A stretch of 63,195 nt of DNA, counting the filler, from Octopus bimaculoides (taxonomy: Eukaryota): NCBI RefSeq assembly GCF_001194135.2. It is 5 parts of 5 records of this genome, joined end to end, with 100 filler letters (N's around TTAATTAATTAA, not from the genome) between each part and the next. Parts side by side here need not be neighbours in the genome. Positions count along the whole stretch, not along the records: positions 1 to 30,655 come from NW_026430925.1; positions 30,756 to 42,095 come from NC_068993.1; 3 more parts are not named here. One strand, written 5' to 3'. The position numbers and the translations under genes were made by a program. The stretch's first letter is position 1; every line of letters begins with the position of its first letter. The notes under the pieces were generated by a model, which made no database searches, was not told where the DNA came from, and saw only the letters and a list, made by a program, of their open reading frames with translations. Of this stretch, positions 22,656-33,908 are shown piece by piece.

Positions 22656-22907
22656 CCATAACATTCCAATACCTGTGGTACTTTTTTTTTTGAAGATGGT
22701 GTTTTAATTATACACAAACATGTTCATGCCAGAAATAAACTATGTTATTGTGATATTTGTGGTAAATCATTCTCTCATAGGCCTAACTTATCTATACATG
22801 AATGAATTCCTACAGAGGAGAAGCCATGCCAGTGTGACATCTATGGTAAACCATTCTCCCCAAAAAGCCACATCCATACACATGTGGGCATTCACACACA
22901 TGTGTAA
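22656..22907 (+). pseudogene. Three decayed zinc fingers in frame after the stop
   Basis: P*HSNTCGTFFFEDGVLIIHKHVH / [22 protein letters not shown] / KPCQCDIYGKPFSPKSHIHTHVGIH. Confidence 0.85.
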
Positions 22908-23723
22908 CAGTGTCAATGTCAAAATGCATTACATGACAACAATTAAGTCCATTTGTTCTGCTAAAAGACTAGTCATTTCCTCCTCATCAGTTTCAATACC
23001 ATCAGTGTGAACCTCAAATTTGTCATCTGTAAAAATATAAGATAACTAAATCACTGAAAATGGCTGCAGTTGGATTTTGAGGAATTTGTTAGGAAAGAAT
23101 AAGGAATAAAAGGTTTGACTATTTCTCTATCGCTCGACACTGACTCCTCTAACTGAAAGAGCTCAACTGGCACAAAGTGACTCCTGTTCAGTAAGACCAC
23201 CCAGCCACTTCCTGTTGTGGGTGTTTTAGTCTAGCAGGGTACTTGTTGAACGTGTCAGTGGTGTTGTCACTTGGCTGTGTGGTAAGAAATTTGCTTCCGA
23301 AACACATGGTCCTCGGTTCAGTCCCATTGTGCGGTGACTTAGCATGTGTCTTCTGCTATAGCCTCAGACCAACCAAAGCCTTGTGAGTGGATTTTGTAGA
23401 CAGAAACTGGAAGAAATCAATCGTATATACATATGTAAGTGTATGTGTGTGTCTTTGTCCCTGTGTTTCTCCCTCATCACTGTTTCAGAACTGTTGTTTG
23501 TTTATTTACATCCCCTTAACTCACTTGTTTGACAAGAAGAAACTGGTAGAATAAGTACCAGGCTTATCAAAATAAAAAAAAAGTACTACGCAGCGTCTCA
23601 TATTCTTCTTTGCCCTCTCAGTTGTATCTATCACTCTATCTTTTTGTGTTTGTGTGTGTATAAATATATATATATATGTATATAATACACGCATATACAT
23701 GTATGTATATGTGCATATTCATA

Positions 23724-24511
23724 TCTATTATATAAAAGTCAATGTCTTTATGTTTGTTTGTGTGTTACTTATACATTCGAAAACTACTGCACCAATCCTC
23801 ATGAAATTTGGAACACAAAATCCAAACCTAGGGAGGTTTGTAGTGCTGTGTGTTTCATACAATTTCATGGACCAAAATTACTGAATGGATCCTTATGATA
23901 TTTGGAACTTAGATTCAATGCATAACAGCAGGTATAATGCAGTGTGTTTGGTTTGAATTTGAGATAGCTTAAAGGGGGCAGAACCCCCATGAAAATTCAT
24001 AAATTTTCAATGTTGATGAAATTTCAACCATGGATAATTGACACACATCAAGAAGTAGTCTCAAAGTTTCCACTTCTCATGAGGATTCTAAAACTCCCTA
24101 ATGGGGGCCTTAACTCCCAAATTTTAGTCATTTTTTTATGATCCAAAACTGCTTCAAAAGTACTGAATGGATCTTTATGAAATTTCGAAATTATATTCTA
24201 TGCATTATTTTTGCTGTTGATGAAATTTTAACCATAGATATTAGACACAAATGAAGTAATATTTCTAAAATTTCTTCTTAGAAATTAAAAAGACCCCTTC
24301 CATAAGACTGGAATTTTGGAATCTACGCATAAAGATCATTAGTATGGGATACATGTGTCATGATTGGATTTTTTTCAGGGTGTGTAAAGAGGGAAAGAGC
24401 CCTCATCCGAAATTTTGATTTCAGGTATTCCAGGTTTTCCAGTTCATTAGAGAAAATATAACAGAAAACTCTAATTCTTCAATTGCATGTAACACAGGGT
24501 GTCTCTGCTAG
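23724..24511 (+). mobile_element. Non-autonomous Helitron
   Basis: A|TCTATTATATAAAAG 5' end, CTAG|T 3' end, internal ~290-bp duplicated ATGAAATTT-rich modules. Confidence 0.65.
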
Positions 24512-24836
24512 TATATATATATGTATGTGTATATATATGTATGTGTGTATATATATATATATAATATTACATATGTGCATAAACTCATGCATACACAAAT
24601 GAAGACTAAAACACATGATCATATGCAGCCACACACACACACAAGAAAACAGAGGTACACACATTAAACACACACACACCCATCCATTCAAACACATACA
24701 TATGTGTATACCGATGCACACTGAAACACGCACATGCGCACAAACAAAAGAAAGCAGCTCGGATGACGGGCAGAGTCGACAACAATTGAAAAGTTTGCAG
24801 GACGCAACGGAAATTTGAGATAAAAACAAGTTAATA

Positions 24837-25227
24837 GGCGTAGGAGTGGCTGTGTGGTAAGTAGCTTGCTTCCCAACCACATGGTTCCGGGTTCATTCCC
24901 ACTGCATGGCACCTTGGGCAAGTGTCTTCTACTATAGCCTCGGGCTGACCAAAGCCTTGTGAGGGGATTTGGTAGACGGAAACTGAAAGAAGCCCGTCGT
25001 ATAGATATATATATATATATATACTTGTGTGTCTGTGTTTGTCTCTCCAACATCGCTTGACAACCGATGGTGGTGTGTTTACGTCCCCGTAACTTAGCGG
25101 TTCGGCAAAAAGAGAGACCGATAGAATAAGTACTAGGCTTACAAAGAATAAGTCCTGGAGTCGATTTACTCGACTTAAAGGTTGTGTTCCAGCATATCCG
25201 CAGTCAAATGACTGAAACAAGTAAAAG
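24837..25227 (+). mobile_element. SINE family A, full length
   Basis: Complete head to tail. Confidence 0.9.
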
Positions 25228-25439
25228 TGTATATATATATATATATTGTAGAAGACACTGGCCCGAGTTGCCACGCAGTGAGATCGAACCCGGAATCACT
25301 TGGTCTCGAACCAGCTTTCTTATAATACAACCGGACCTGGAATTGAAATTTAGTGAAAGAAAATAGGGAAAATGAAGAGAGACATAGAATAATAATTCTT
25401 TGAAGGAATCTCTTTTGGAAAATAATAAGGGGAGGTAAT

Positions 25440-26100
25440 ATCCTAATTGAGTTATTTCCCTTGGAACCTGCTGTCTTCCAGATTCACAAATGGCGCCGTT
25501 CAGAGATGTTAAGAGAATATAAAATGATAATGCAAGATTGTAAAGAAAGGAGAACAAATTTGGGAAAGACTTTGATTGAAAATTACAAAGCTTATGGATA
25601 TGATTCCATATCTGTCTGGACGTTTGGAAATATGCTGTGCGTGAGAAGAACCGGCAAGTCAAGTTTTGACCTAAATGCAAGGCCTCTGCCAGGGATATAG
25701 CCAGCCCACTTATGCGTACCTTTCCTTCATTGAACACTAAACTCCGCTTGCGAAGAAGACCTNNNNNNNNNNTACACGGAGCCTTCCACCCAAGGAGTGA
25801 CGACGCTAGGGGTGGAAGAGGTTTTATCGGTTGCCAGGGCTGTATCGAAGCAGAGGAAAACAGCTTAAGGTGGAATCTAAAAAATGCAGTTGGAGCCATT
25901 GTTGAAACCTTGCAAAGAAGGCCGCGGAGTCATCAAAACTGGGAATTATTTAATGAAGGAAAGATTTGAAGAGGAAATGAACACTAAAAAAGAAACGGCA
26001 TGGAAGCGGAAAAAGCAATCTATGATCATTTTGCAAGAAAGAGAGAAGACCGGTGCAAATGGATGATGAGGAGTGACCTGAAGATAGAGGCACAAGCACT
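25440..26100 (+). mobile_element. Decayed R4/Dong-like non-LTR retrotransposon fragment
   Basis: KWRRSE and HGAFHPRSDD..GGRGFIGCQGCIEAEENSLRW resemble the post-RT motif HGAFHPKSDVDRLY..GGRGL; frameshifted. Confidence 0.6.
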
Positions 26101-26130
26101 TATATTTGCAGCTTAAGAACAAGCATCGTG

Positions 26131-26447
26131 GAGGCGCAATGGCCCAGTGGTTAGGGCAGCGGACTCGCGGTTTCGATTCCCAGACCGGGCGCTGTGAGTG
26201 TTTATTGAACGGAAACACCTAAAGCCCCACGAGGCTCCGGCAGGGGATGGTGGCGAACTCTGTTGTACTCTTTCCACCACAACTTTCTCTCTCATTCTTT
26301 CTTCCTGTTTCTGTTGTACCTGTAATTCAAAGGGGTCAGCCTTGTCACGCTGAATATCCCCCGAGAACTACGTTAATTTCGCGAGCAGGCTGTTCCGTTG
26401 ATCGAATCAACTGGAACCCTCGTCGTCGTAAGCGACGGAGAGCCAAC
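26131..26447 (+). mobile_element. tRNA-derived SINE family C
   Basis: GGCGCAATGGCCCAGTGGTTAGGGCAGCGG head, CGTCGTCGTAAGCGACGGAG tail; copies at 46660-46975 (+), 47863-48230 (-), 58108-58490 (-), 59215-59459 (+), 26983-27135 (-). Confidence 0.85.
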
Positions 26448-26943
26448 AAGAAGAACAAGCATTAAGGCNNNNNNNNNNNNNNNNNNNNNNNNNNNNNNNN
26501 NNNNNNNNNNNNNNNNNNNNNNNNNNNNNNNNNNCAGAACAGACAACAACAACAACAGCAACAGCGGCAGCAAAACGGTTAGTAAAATAATTTGAAATTT
26601 TTCATTTTTTCGTTGACATTTTGGGGTTGTTTGAAAGGGAGCGAGGGTGGGGCAGGGGCAGGGGGAAGGGTTGGCGGGGTTCGTTTTTGCAGAAAGATCA
26701 ACTCGTTGATGATGTAATGACAGAGCTGACCTTTCGGTGACCTTTGCAGAGGTCAATTTAACAGTTTAATAGAGAAGATGGCAACCGGGAGATTATGATT
26801 AAACAAGTTTTATACACACTGCACTTATACACACATCATTAGCTGTGTGTATGTGTGCATATATGTGCGTGTCTGCATATGTATATGTGTGTGTTTGTGC
26901 ATATATATGTGTGTGTGCGTGCATGTATGTACACGTATATATA

Positions 26944-26982
<39 letters not shown>

Positions 26983-27189
26983 GAGCACTCCGTCAGTTAT
27001 GACGACGGGGGTCCCAGCTGATCCGATCAACAGAACAGCTTGTTTGTTAGATTCATGTACAAGTGGCTGAGCACTCCACAGACACATGTACCCCTTTACA
27101 TACTTCTCAGTGTGACAAGGCTGGCCCTTTCAAATACAGGCACTGTTCATTTTTACTGGCTACCGACTCCCACTTTTTCAAGCACCTTG

Positions 27190-27696
27190 ATGGTTTCCTG
27201 TGAGAGAAGATGTTTTTCATTGCAAACATTTCTCCGATTCCTTCCGACACAAATTGATTTCAAAAGGCTACAGTTCCCTCTGAGATTAAGCTTTGCAATG
27301 GGCATCGACAAAGCACAGGGTCAGATATTGGAAGTGACAGGCCTTAATCTTGCAGAACCTGCTCTTTTTCTCATGGACAGCTCTATGTCGGATGCTGTTG
27401 AGTTGGAAATCTGGAAAATTTATTCATCTATGTTCCCAGCAGCAAAACGAAAAATATCGTGTATCATGAAGGATTGCAAGACAGAAATTTTGGAACAAAG
27501 ATGCCTCTTGGTCACACAACCTCTTTTGCCAACCTCCTACCATCTCTCCTTCCTCCAGCTGTACTTTTTGTACTTTTTCCTGACGGAAAATACACCTTTT
27601 GTGGCAGTTAGAATGAAATTGCTTTCTTATGTCAGAGTAATAAAGCGTTTCAATAGAACATCTTTACCCCCAGGAATTACCGAGTACACCAGCTAG
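27190..27696 (+). mobile_element. Helitron 3' fragment with Pif1-like helicase C-terminus relic
   Basis: FKRLQFPLRLSFAMGIDKAQGQ then shifted FSHGQLYVGCC*VG...KTKNIVYHE; terminus GTACACCAGCTAG|T at 27696. Confidence 0.85.
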
Positions 27697-27884
27697 TAAT
27701 AAATATATGAGTGGTTGGCGTTAAGAAGGGCATCCAGCTGTAGAAACTCTGCCAAATTAGATTGGAGCCTGGTGTTGCCATCCGGTTTCACCAGTCCTCA
27801 GTCAAATCGTCCAACCCATGCTAGCATGGAAAGCGGACATTAAACGATGATGATGATGATGATGATGATATATATATATATATA

Positions 27885-28598
27885 TATATACGACGGACTT
27901 CTTTCAGTTTCCATCTACCAAATCCACTCACAAGGTTTTGTCTGGCCAAGCTTATAGTAGAAGACACTTGCCCAAGGTGCCACACAGTGGGACTGAACCC
28001 AGAACCATGTGGTTGGGAAGCAAGATTCTTACCACACAGCCACGCTCATATATATATATGTATATATGTATGTATGTATATATACACACACACACTGTTG
28101 TGTCTGGGAGGGTCATTCTCTTTTAGTGCCTTATAATTTAACACACTCACTGGTAAAATTTCCACTCATTTACTTATTTATTTTTCCTAACGTTTTCATT
28201 GCGTCTTGCAACCTTTTTCATAATTTATTGTCTTATCAACAATTATTGAAAAGGTTTGCAAGGCACAACGAAAATTTTATGAAGAATTAAGAAGGAAATC
28301 AATGCAAATTTTACCGGTGAGCGTGTTAAATTATAAGGATCTCAAAGAGAATGATATGCTTCAACACACGAACTCACATAAAGAATCCCAAACCGAAATA
28401 TACATACATATATATATATATATATATAGGCGTAGGAGTGGCTGTGTGGTAAGTAGCTTGCTTCCCAATCACATGGTTCCGGGTTCAGTCCCACTGCGTG
28501 TCATCTTGGGCAAGTGTCTTCTACTATAGTCTTGGGCCGACCAAAGCCTTGTGAGTGGATTTGGTAGACGGAAACTGAAAGAAGCCCGTCGTATATAT
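27885..28598. mobile_element. Two SINE family A heads
   Basis: 27885-28045 (-) and 28429-28598 (+, runs into gap). Confidence 0.85.
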
Positions 28599-29211
28599 NN
28601 NNNNNNNNNNNNNNNNNNNNNNNNNNNNNNNNNNNNNNNNNNNNNNNNNNNNNNNNNNNNNNNNNNNNNNNNNNNNNNNNNNNNNNNNNNNNNNNNNNNN
28701 NNNNNNNNNNNNNNNNNNNNNNNNNNNNNNNNNNNNNNNNNNNNNNNNNNNNNNNNNNNNNNNNNNNNNNNNNNNNNNNNNNNNNNNNNNNNNNNNNNNN
28801 NNNNNNNNNNNNNNNNNNNNNNNNNNNNNNNNNNNNNNNNNNNNNNNNNNNNNNNNNNNNNNNNNNNNNNNNNNNNNNNNNNNNNNNNNNNNNNNNNNNN
28901 NNNNNNNNNNNNNNNNNNNNNNNNNNNNNNNNNNNNNNNNNNNNNNNNNNNNNNNNNNNNNNNNNNNNNNNNNNNNNNNNNNNNNNNNNNNNNNNNNNNN
29001 NNNNNNNNNNNNNNNNNNNNNNNNNNNNNNNNNNNNNNNNNNNNNNNNNNNNNNNNNNNNNNNNNNNNNNNNNNNNNNNNNNNNNNNNNNNNNNNNNNNN
29101 NNNNNNNNNNNNNNNNNNNNNNNNNNNNNNNNNNNNNNNNNNNNNNNNNNNNNNNNNNNNNNNNNNNNNNNNNNNNNNNNNNNNNNNNNNNNNNNNNNNN
29201 NNNNNNAACTA

Positions 29212-29519
29212 GACCTGCTAGAAAGAGCAACCAAATCTCCCTCAAATCACACCCTACTCTCTGATCTATGTATATATGTATGTATGAGCCAATGACGGAG
29301 GCCTCTACATGGTAGCTGGACCTGCTAGAAATAGCAACCAAATCTCCCTCAAATCACACCCTACTCTCTTATCTATGAATATATGTATGTATGAGCCAAT
29401 GAGGGAGACCTCTACATGGTAGCTGGACCTGCTAGAAATAGCAACCAACCCTCTCTCAAATCACACCCTACTCTCTTATCTATGTATATATGTATGTATG
29501 AGCCAATGAGGGAGGCCTC
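29212..29519. repeat. 107-bp minisatellite, ~2.9 copies
   Basis: GACCTGCTAGAAA starts at 29212, 29319, 29426. Confidence 0.9.
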
Positions 29520-29798
29520 CACCCCCTCTCCCTGTATATATCAAACAAGTTGTTAAGCAGATGTTAAATCAATCTGTAAAACTCCAGCAACCAGGGTCCA
29601 GACGCCATTGGAGGGACAACGCCCTTAACCACTCATATCAAATGACACTTCCTTATCTCCCTCATGCAGTTAACCACATGGCTACTGCGATGGTGGTGGG
29701 GAGTGAAGTGTTAATGGTTGTTGTTGTGGTGGTGGTGGCGGCGGAGGTAGTGGTACATGTAAAGTATTAGCAGACGCTCAGAGAAGGAAAGAAAGAGG

Positions 29799-29834
29799 GT
29801 TTAACGTTTCGAGCGAACGCTCTTCTTCAGAAAC
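29799..29834 (-). ncRNA. Minimal type I hammerhead motif (Penelope-like)
   Basis: GUUU-CUGAAGA-A-GAGC(GUUC)GCUC-GAAAC-GUU/AAAC. Confidence 0.7.
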
Positions 29835-30655
29835 AGAGGAAAGTCCAATAGAAGAGAAGACGGAGGGGAAAAAAAAATCAACAAAGATTTACATGTGGTT
29901 ACAATGTATATATGTGTGTGTGTTTATTTATGAATTTATTCTCTACAAAAATATAGAATAACATATCATATTTATGTGAAACTGTTTTTATTATAACTGA
30001 ATGCAAAAACAAATATTAATTATATATGTGTGTGTTGTGTGTGTGTGTGTATACATTTATATATATGCATATATGTATCTTAAAAGTCCTATGTACTCTG
30101 TTTGGAAATATATATGTATATTCATACAATACTAAATACACAGTTTTTGTTCATCTGGTCTTGTAGTGGTTGTTGTGGCGGGAATCAAAGTAGAATGGTT
30201 CGGAAGTGTAGGAGATAGTATAGGGATGGTGTGATGTTGTTGTTGTTGTGGTGGTGGTGGTGGTGGGGCTGGCTGTGGAAGTTGTGAACATAATGCTAGG
30301 AGTGCTTGTATTATTGTTGCTGTTGTTCGTGGTGGTGGTGGTCGTGGCGGCGGAGGTAGTGGTGGTGGTGGTGGTTGTAGAATTAATAATGCTTGTAGGT
30401 GTGGAATGAAGGTGGAGTGGGGTGTTGTGTAGGAGTATTGGTGTGGTGTGATGTTGTGGTGTTGGTCGTGGTGGTGGTAGTAGTGGTGGTAGTTGTAATA
30501 TTGGCAGGGTGGTGGTGGTGGTGGTGGTATTGGCGTGAGCGGAGGGTGGGGGTAATGATAGTGTTAATGATGGTCGGGTGGTGGTGGAGGAGGTGCTAAA
30601 CAGAAGAATGAGGTTACAGTAGTGGTGGAGGTGGTGGTGGTGCAGCGTTCTATTT

Positions 30656-30755
30656 NNNNNNNNNNNNNNNNNNNNNNNNNNNNNNNNNNNNNNNNNNNNT
30701 TAATTAATTAANNNNNNNNNNNNNNNNNNNNNNNNNNNNNNNNNNNNNNNNNNNN
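30656..30755. other. Artificial scaffold join, 44N-TTAATTAATTAA-44N
   Basis: Same 100-bp construct at 42096-42195, 53125-53224, 60548-60647. Confidence 0.9.
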
Positions 30756-30813
30756 ACTGTGGTGTAACTCCTGTTTATAAGGTAGAAACTCCTTGATATT
30801 TTGGGTACTTGAG

Positions 30814-30901
30814 TATATATAAATTTAATGAATGGAGTAAAACGCATATGTTAACTGCAGTTAACATATGCGTTTTACTCCATTCATTAAATTTATATAT
30901 A
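30814..30901. repeat. 88-bp perfect palindrome, no spacer
   Basis: 44-bp arms centred on TTAACTG|CAGTTAA. Confidence 0.95.
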
Positions 30902-31759
30902 TATATGTATGTTATGTATGTATGACCCTGCTACTTAGTCTTTGGTGCTATGGAAGCAGAGAAGATCCACCCTCTTACAAATTCATTTCTATTTTATTCT
31001 ATCTCCATGTCAGTCTTGTCCAATATTCAGTTTTTGTAATGGTCTCATAAACTTTGACATACACAATATGTCACTGTCTACAGATGTGTATGTTTATAAG
31101 AATGTATGTCTTAATTTTTTAATTTTCTCCTCTATTGTTTAAATCTATACAATTTTGCAAAATCTTAATCTCCAAGTACCCCTAGATTTTATGGCTTGAA
31201 ATAGAAACTTTTCAAAAACAAATAAGATATTCCAATCCATTTCATTTTTTGCACATACAATATAAATATGAATTTTGTGGATTTACCAAAGGAATTTCAA
31301 CACCATTCTTACTTTACGCCTGTCACAATCTTATACCTTTATCTTAATGCTAGAACCACATGCAACTCTTTCCTCAACCCTGAACAATAATCCGTAACTC
31401 TAAAGCTAAACCATCATTAATCATAATCTTAAACCCTAAATTAACTCCTTAACCATTTCTAATTAATCTTCTAACCCATAATATCTAACAAAATGCAATA
31501 AATTTTATTGAATATTTTTGCTAAATGAATCAAATCTTCTATTATTTGTTTTGAATAAAATATAGAAAGCTACAGGGTGAAGTGCTTTCAAAATTTTGGC
31601 TTATGTTGTGTTTGAATTACTTTGAGCTTAGGGATGTATGCTTCCTTGATATAAAATTACTTGAGTATGTTGTATATGATATAGCACTGAGTGCAAATGT
31701 TCTTCTTTTGTTTAAACTTATTATTACTTAATCATTTTTATCATTATTGATATCAATAA

Positions 31760-32231
31760 AGCAGCAAACTGCAGAATTATTGGTGCATTGGATAAAATGC
31801 TTATTGACATTTCTTCTGGCTCTGTTTTAAGTTCAAATTCTGCCAAAGTTGATTTTGCCTTTCTTCCTTTCAAGGTTGATAAAATCTGAAGTGTATCAAC
31901 TGAGACACTTCTCTCTAAAATTGCTGGCTTTGTGCCTAAAGTTGTAACTAATATTATTGATATCAATAAGGTGGTGAGCTGACAGAATTGTTAGCATCGT
32001 TTAACGTCCGCTTTCCATGCTAGCATGGGTTGGACTAACATGCTGGTTGAAATGCTTAATGACTTTCTGTTTATCTTTACATTCTGAGTTCAAATTCCAC
32101 TTAGATTGACTTCGCTTTTCATCTTTTTGGGTTGCAAAAATAAGGACCAGTTGTACCGCTTGGAGTCAATGAAATCGACTTACTCCTTTCCTCTCAAATT
32201 GCTGGCTTTGTGCCTAAAGTTGAAACCAATA
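31760..32231 (+). mobile_element. Two tandem copies of SINE family D
   Basis: GGTGAGCTGGCAGAAT..GTTCAAATTC..AAATTGCTGGCTTTGTGCCTAAAG; other copies at 33030-33215, 45773-46560, and minus-strand pieces at 36690-36760, 53380-53445, 57285-57370. Confidence 0.75.
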
Positions 32232-32450
32232 TTATTGATATCAATAATTAATTTCAATTAACTTACTAAAAATTGCATCCAAATATCCTTGTAACATCAT
32301 ATTTCTATACTAAGCAAAACAAAATATTTTAGATCTTTGTGATAAATTTACACCTTCCCATATTTAACAACAGCACAAAAAATAATTTGTAATTACATCT
32401 AAAAATTACTGCATATGACTAACATCAACATAAGAAACCAACAACATAGG

Positions 32451-33008
32451 TGCAGGCATGGCTGTGTGGTAAGAAGCTTGCTTTCCAACCACATGGTTGC
32501 AGGTTCAGTCTCACTGCATGACACTTTGGGAAAATGTCTTCTATAAATAGCATTGGGCTGACCAAAGCCTTCTGAGTGGATTTGGTAGATGGAATCTGAA
32601 AGAAGACCGTCGTGTGTGTTTATAATCATTTAATCTTTTACTTGTTTCAGTCATGTGACTGGCCATGCTGGAGCACCACCTTTAGTTGAGGGAATCAACC
32701 CCAGGATTTATTCTTTGTAAGCCTAGCACTTATTCTATTGTTCTCTTTTGCCAAACCGCTAAGTTGCGGAGACGTGAACACACCAGCATCAGTTGTCAAG
32801 CGATGTTGGGGGGACNNNNNNNNNNCATATATATAGATATAGATAGATATATACGACGGGCTTCTTTCATTTTCTGTCGACCAAATCCACTCACAAGGCT
32901 TTGGTCGGCCCGAGGCTATAGCAGAAGACACTTGCCGAAGGTGTCACGCAGTGGGACTGAACCCAGAACCATGTGGTTGGTAAGCAAACTACTTACCACA
33001 CAGCCACT
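32451..33008. mobile_element. SINE family A: plus-strand head then minus-strand full copy
   Basis: 32451-32614 (+), 32636-33008 (-). Confidence 0.85.
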
Positions 33009-33908
33009 CCTATATATATATATATATAGAGAGGTGAGCTGGCAGAAGCATGTTTGGCAAAATGTTGTGCCGTTTTGTCCATCTTTATGTTCTCAAGGTT
33101 GGCTTTGCTTTTCATCCTTTTGGTGTCGATAAATTAAGCACCAATGAAACACTGGGATCGATGTAATCAACTATCTCCTCTCCAGAAGTAGCTGGCCTTG
33201 TGCCAAAATTTGAAATTGTGTGTATATATATACATATGTGTGTGTGTAATATGTATATTTACATTAAGGTATATATTTTATAATATAAATTATTTACTGC
33301 ACTTCAGATGATGATAATATAGAAGTTCTAATGCAGACTTCTTTTTTTTTTTGCAAAGATTCGGCCTGTGTCAAAAGATAGCAAAATTCACTTAGTGTAA
33401 ATATAGTTGCTTGACTGTGTTGATATATGCGATCTTATAGGATTGTATTATTTTTGTACAGAGATGATAGGTTAGGTATTTTAGAAATGATTATGGGCCT
33501 GCACTAGACAAAGTAAGGAAAGATATTTAAATATTTAGTTCTTTCAGCCTTGGAATCACTGCGTAGACAAAATTAGCACTGGTTAACTTCCTGGATGTCA
33601 CTTTTTATACATACGCACTTGCTCATACAACCCTTTCAGGAAAGCTTATATAAACATGGGTTCACGTTACCAGCTTTCAGTATTAAAAAATTTGATCAAC
33701 AATTAGAAGTATCTTGAATCTAGTTACTATAACAATTTCCTAGAATAGACTGATTTAAAGATAAAATTAGAAATACCACCATCTTTGGTTCTCCGTAAAT
33801 AAAAAAAATATATACGTTATTTAGTTGGCCATCCCAATTATTCGTTAAACGGTTTGTGAAACAGCAAAACCCCAAGTTCAATAGCTAAGTACTACTCCAC
33901 TGGCGATA

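Noticed and set aside
26131-26200. tRNA-like sequences (also 36770-36830, 41040-41107, 49860-49930, 59215-59285)
   Set aside because: A/B boxes are present, but there is no complete cloverleaf and each continues into a repeat body; SINE heads, not tRNA genes
30170-30655. (GGT)n/(GTT)n tracts read as Val-, His- or Pro-rich proteins (also 59600-59780)
   Set aside because: Degenerate trinucleotide repeats with no splice or start context
31744-32248. CRISPR-like repeat-spacer pattern
   Set aside because: The spacers are 200-260-bp SINEs, the context is eukaryotic and there are no cas genes
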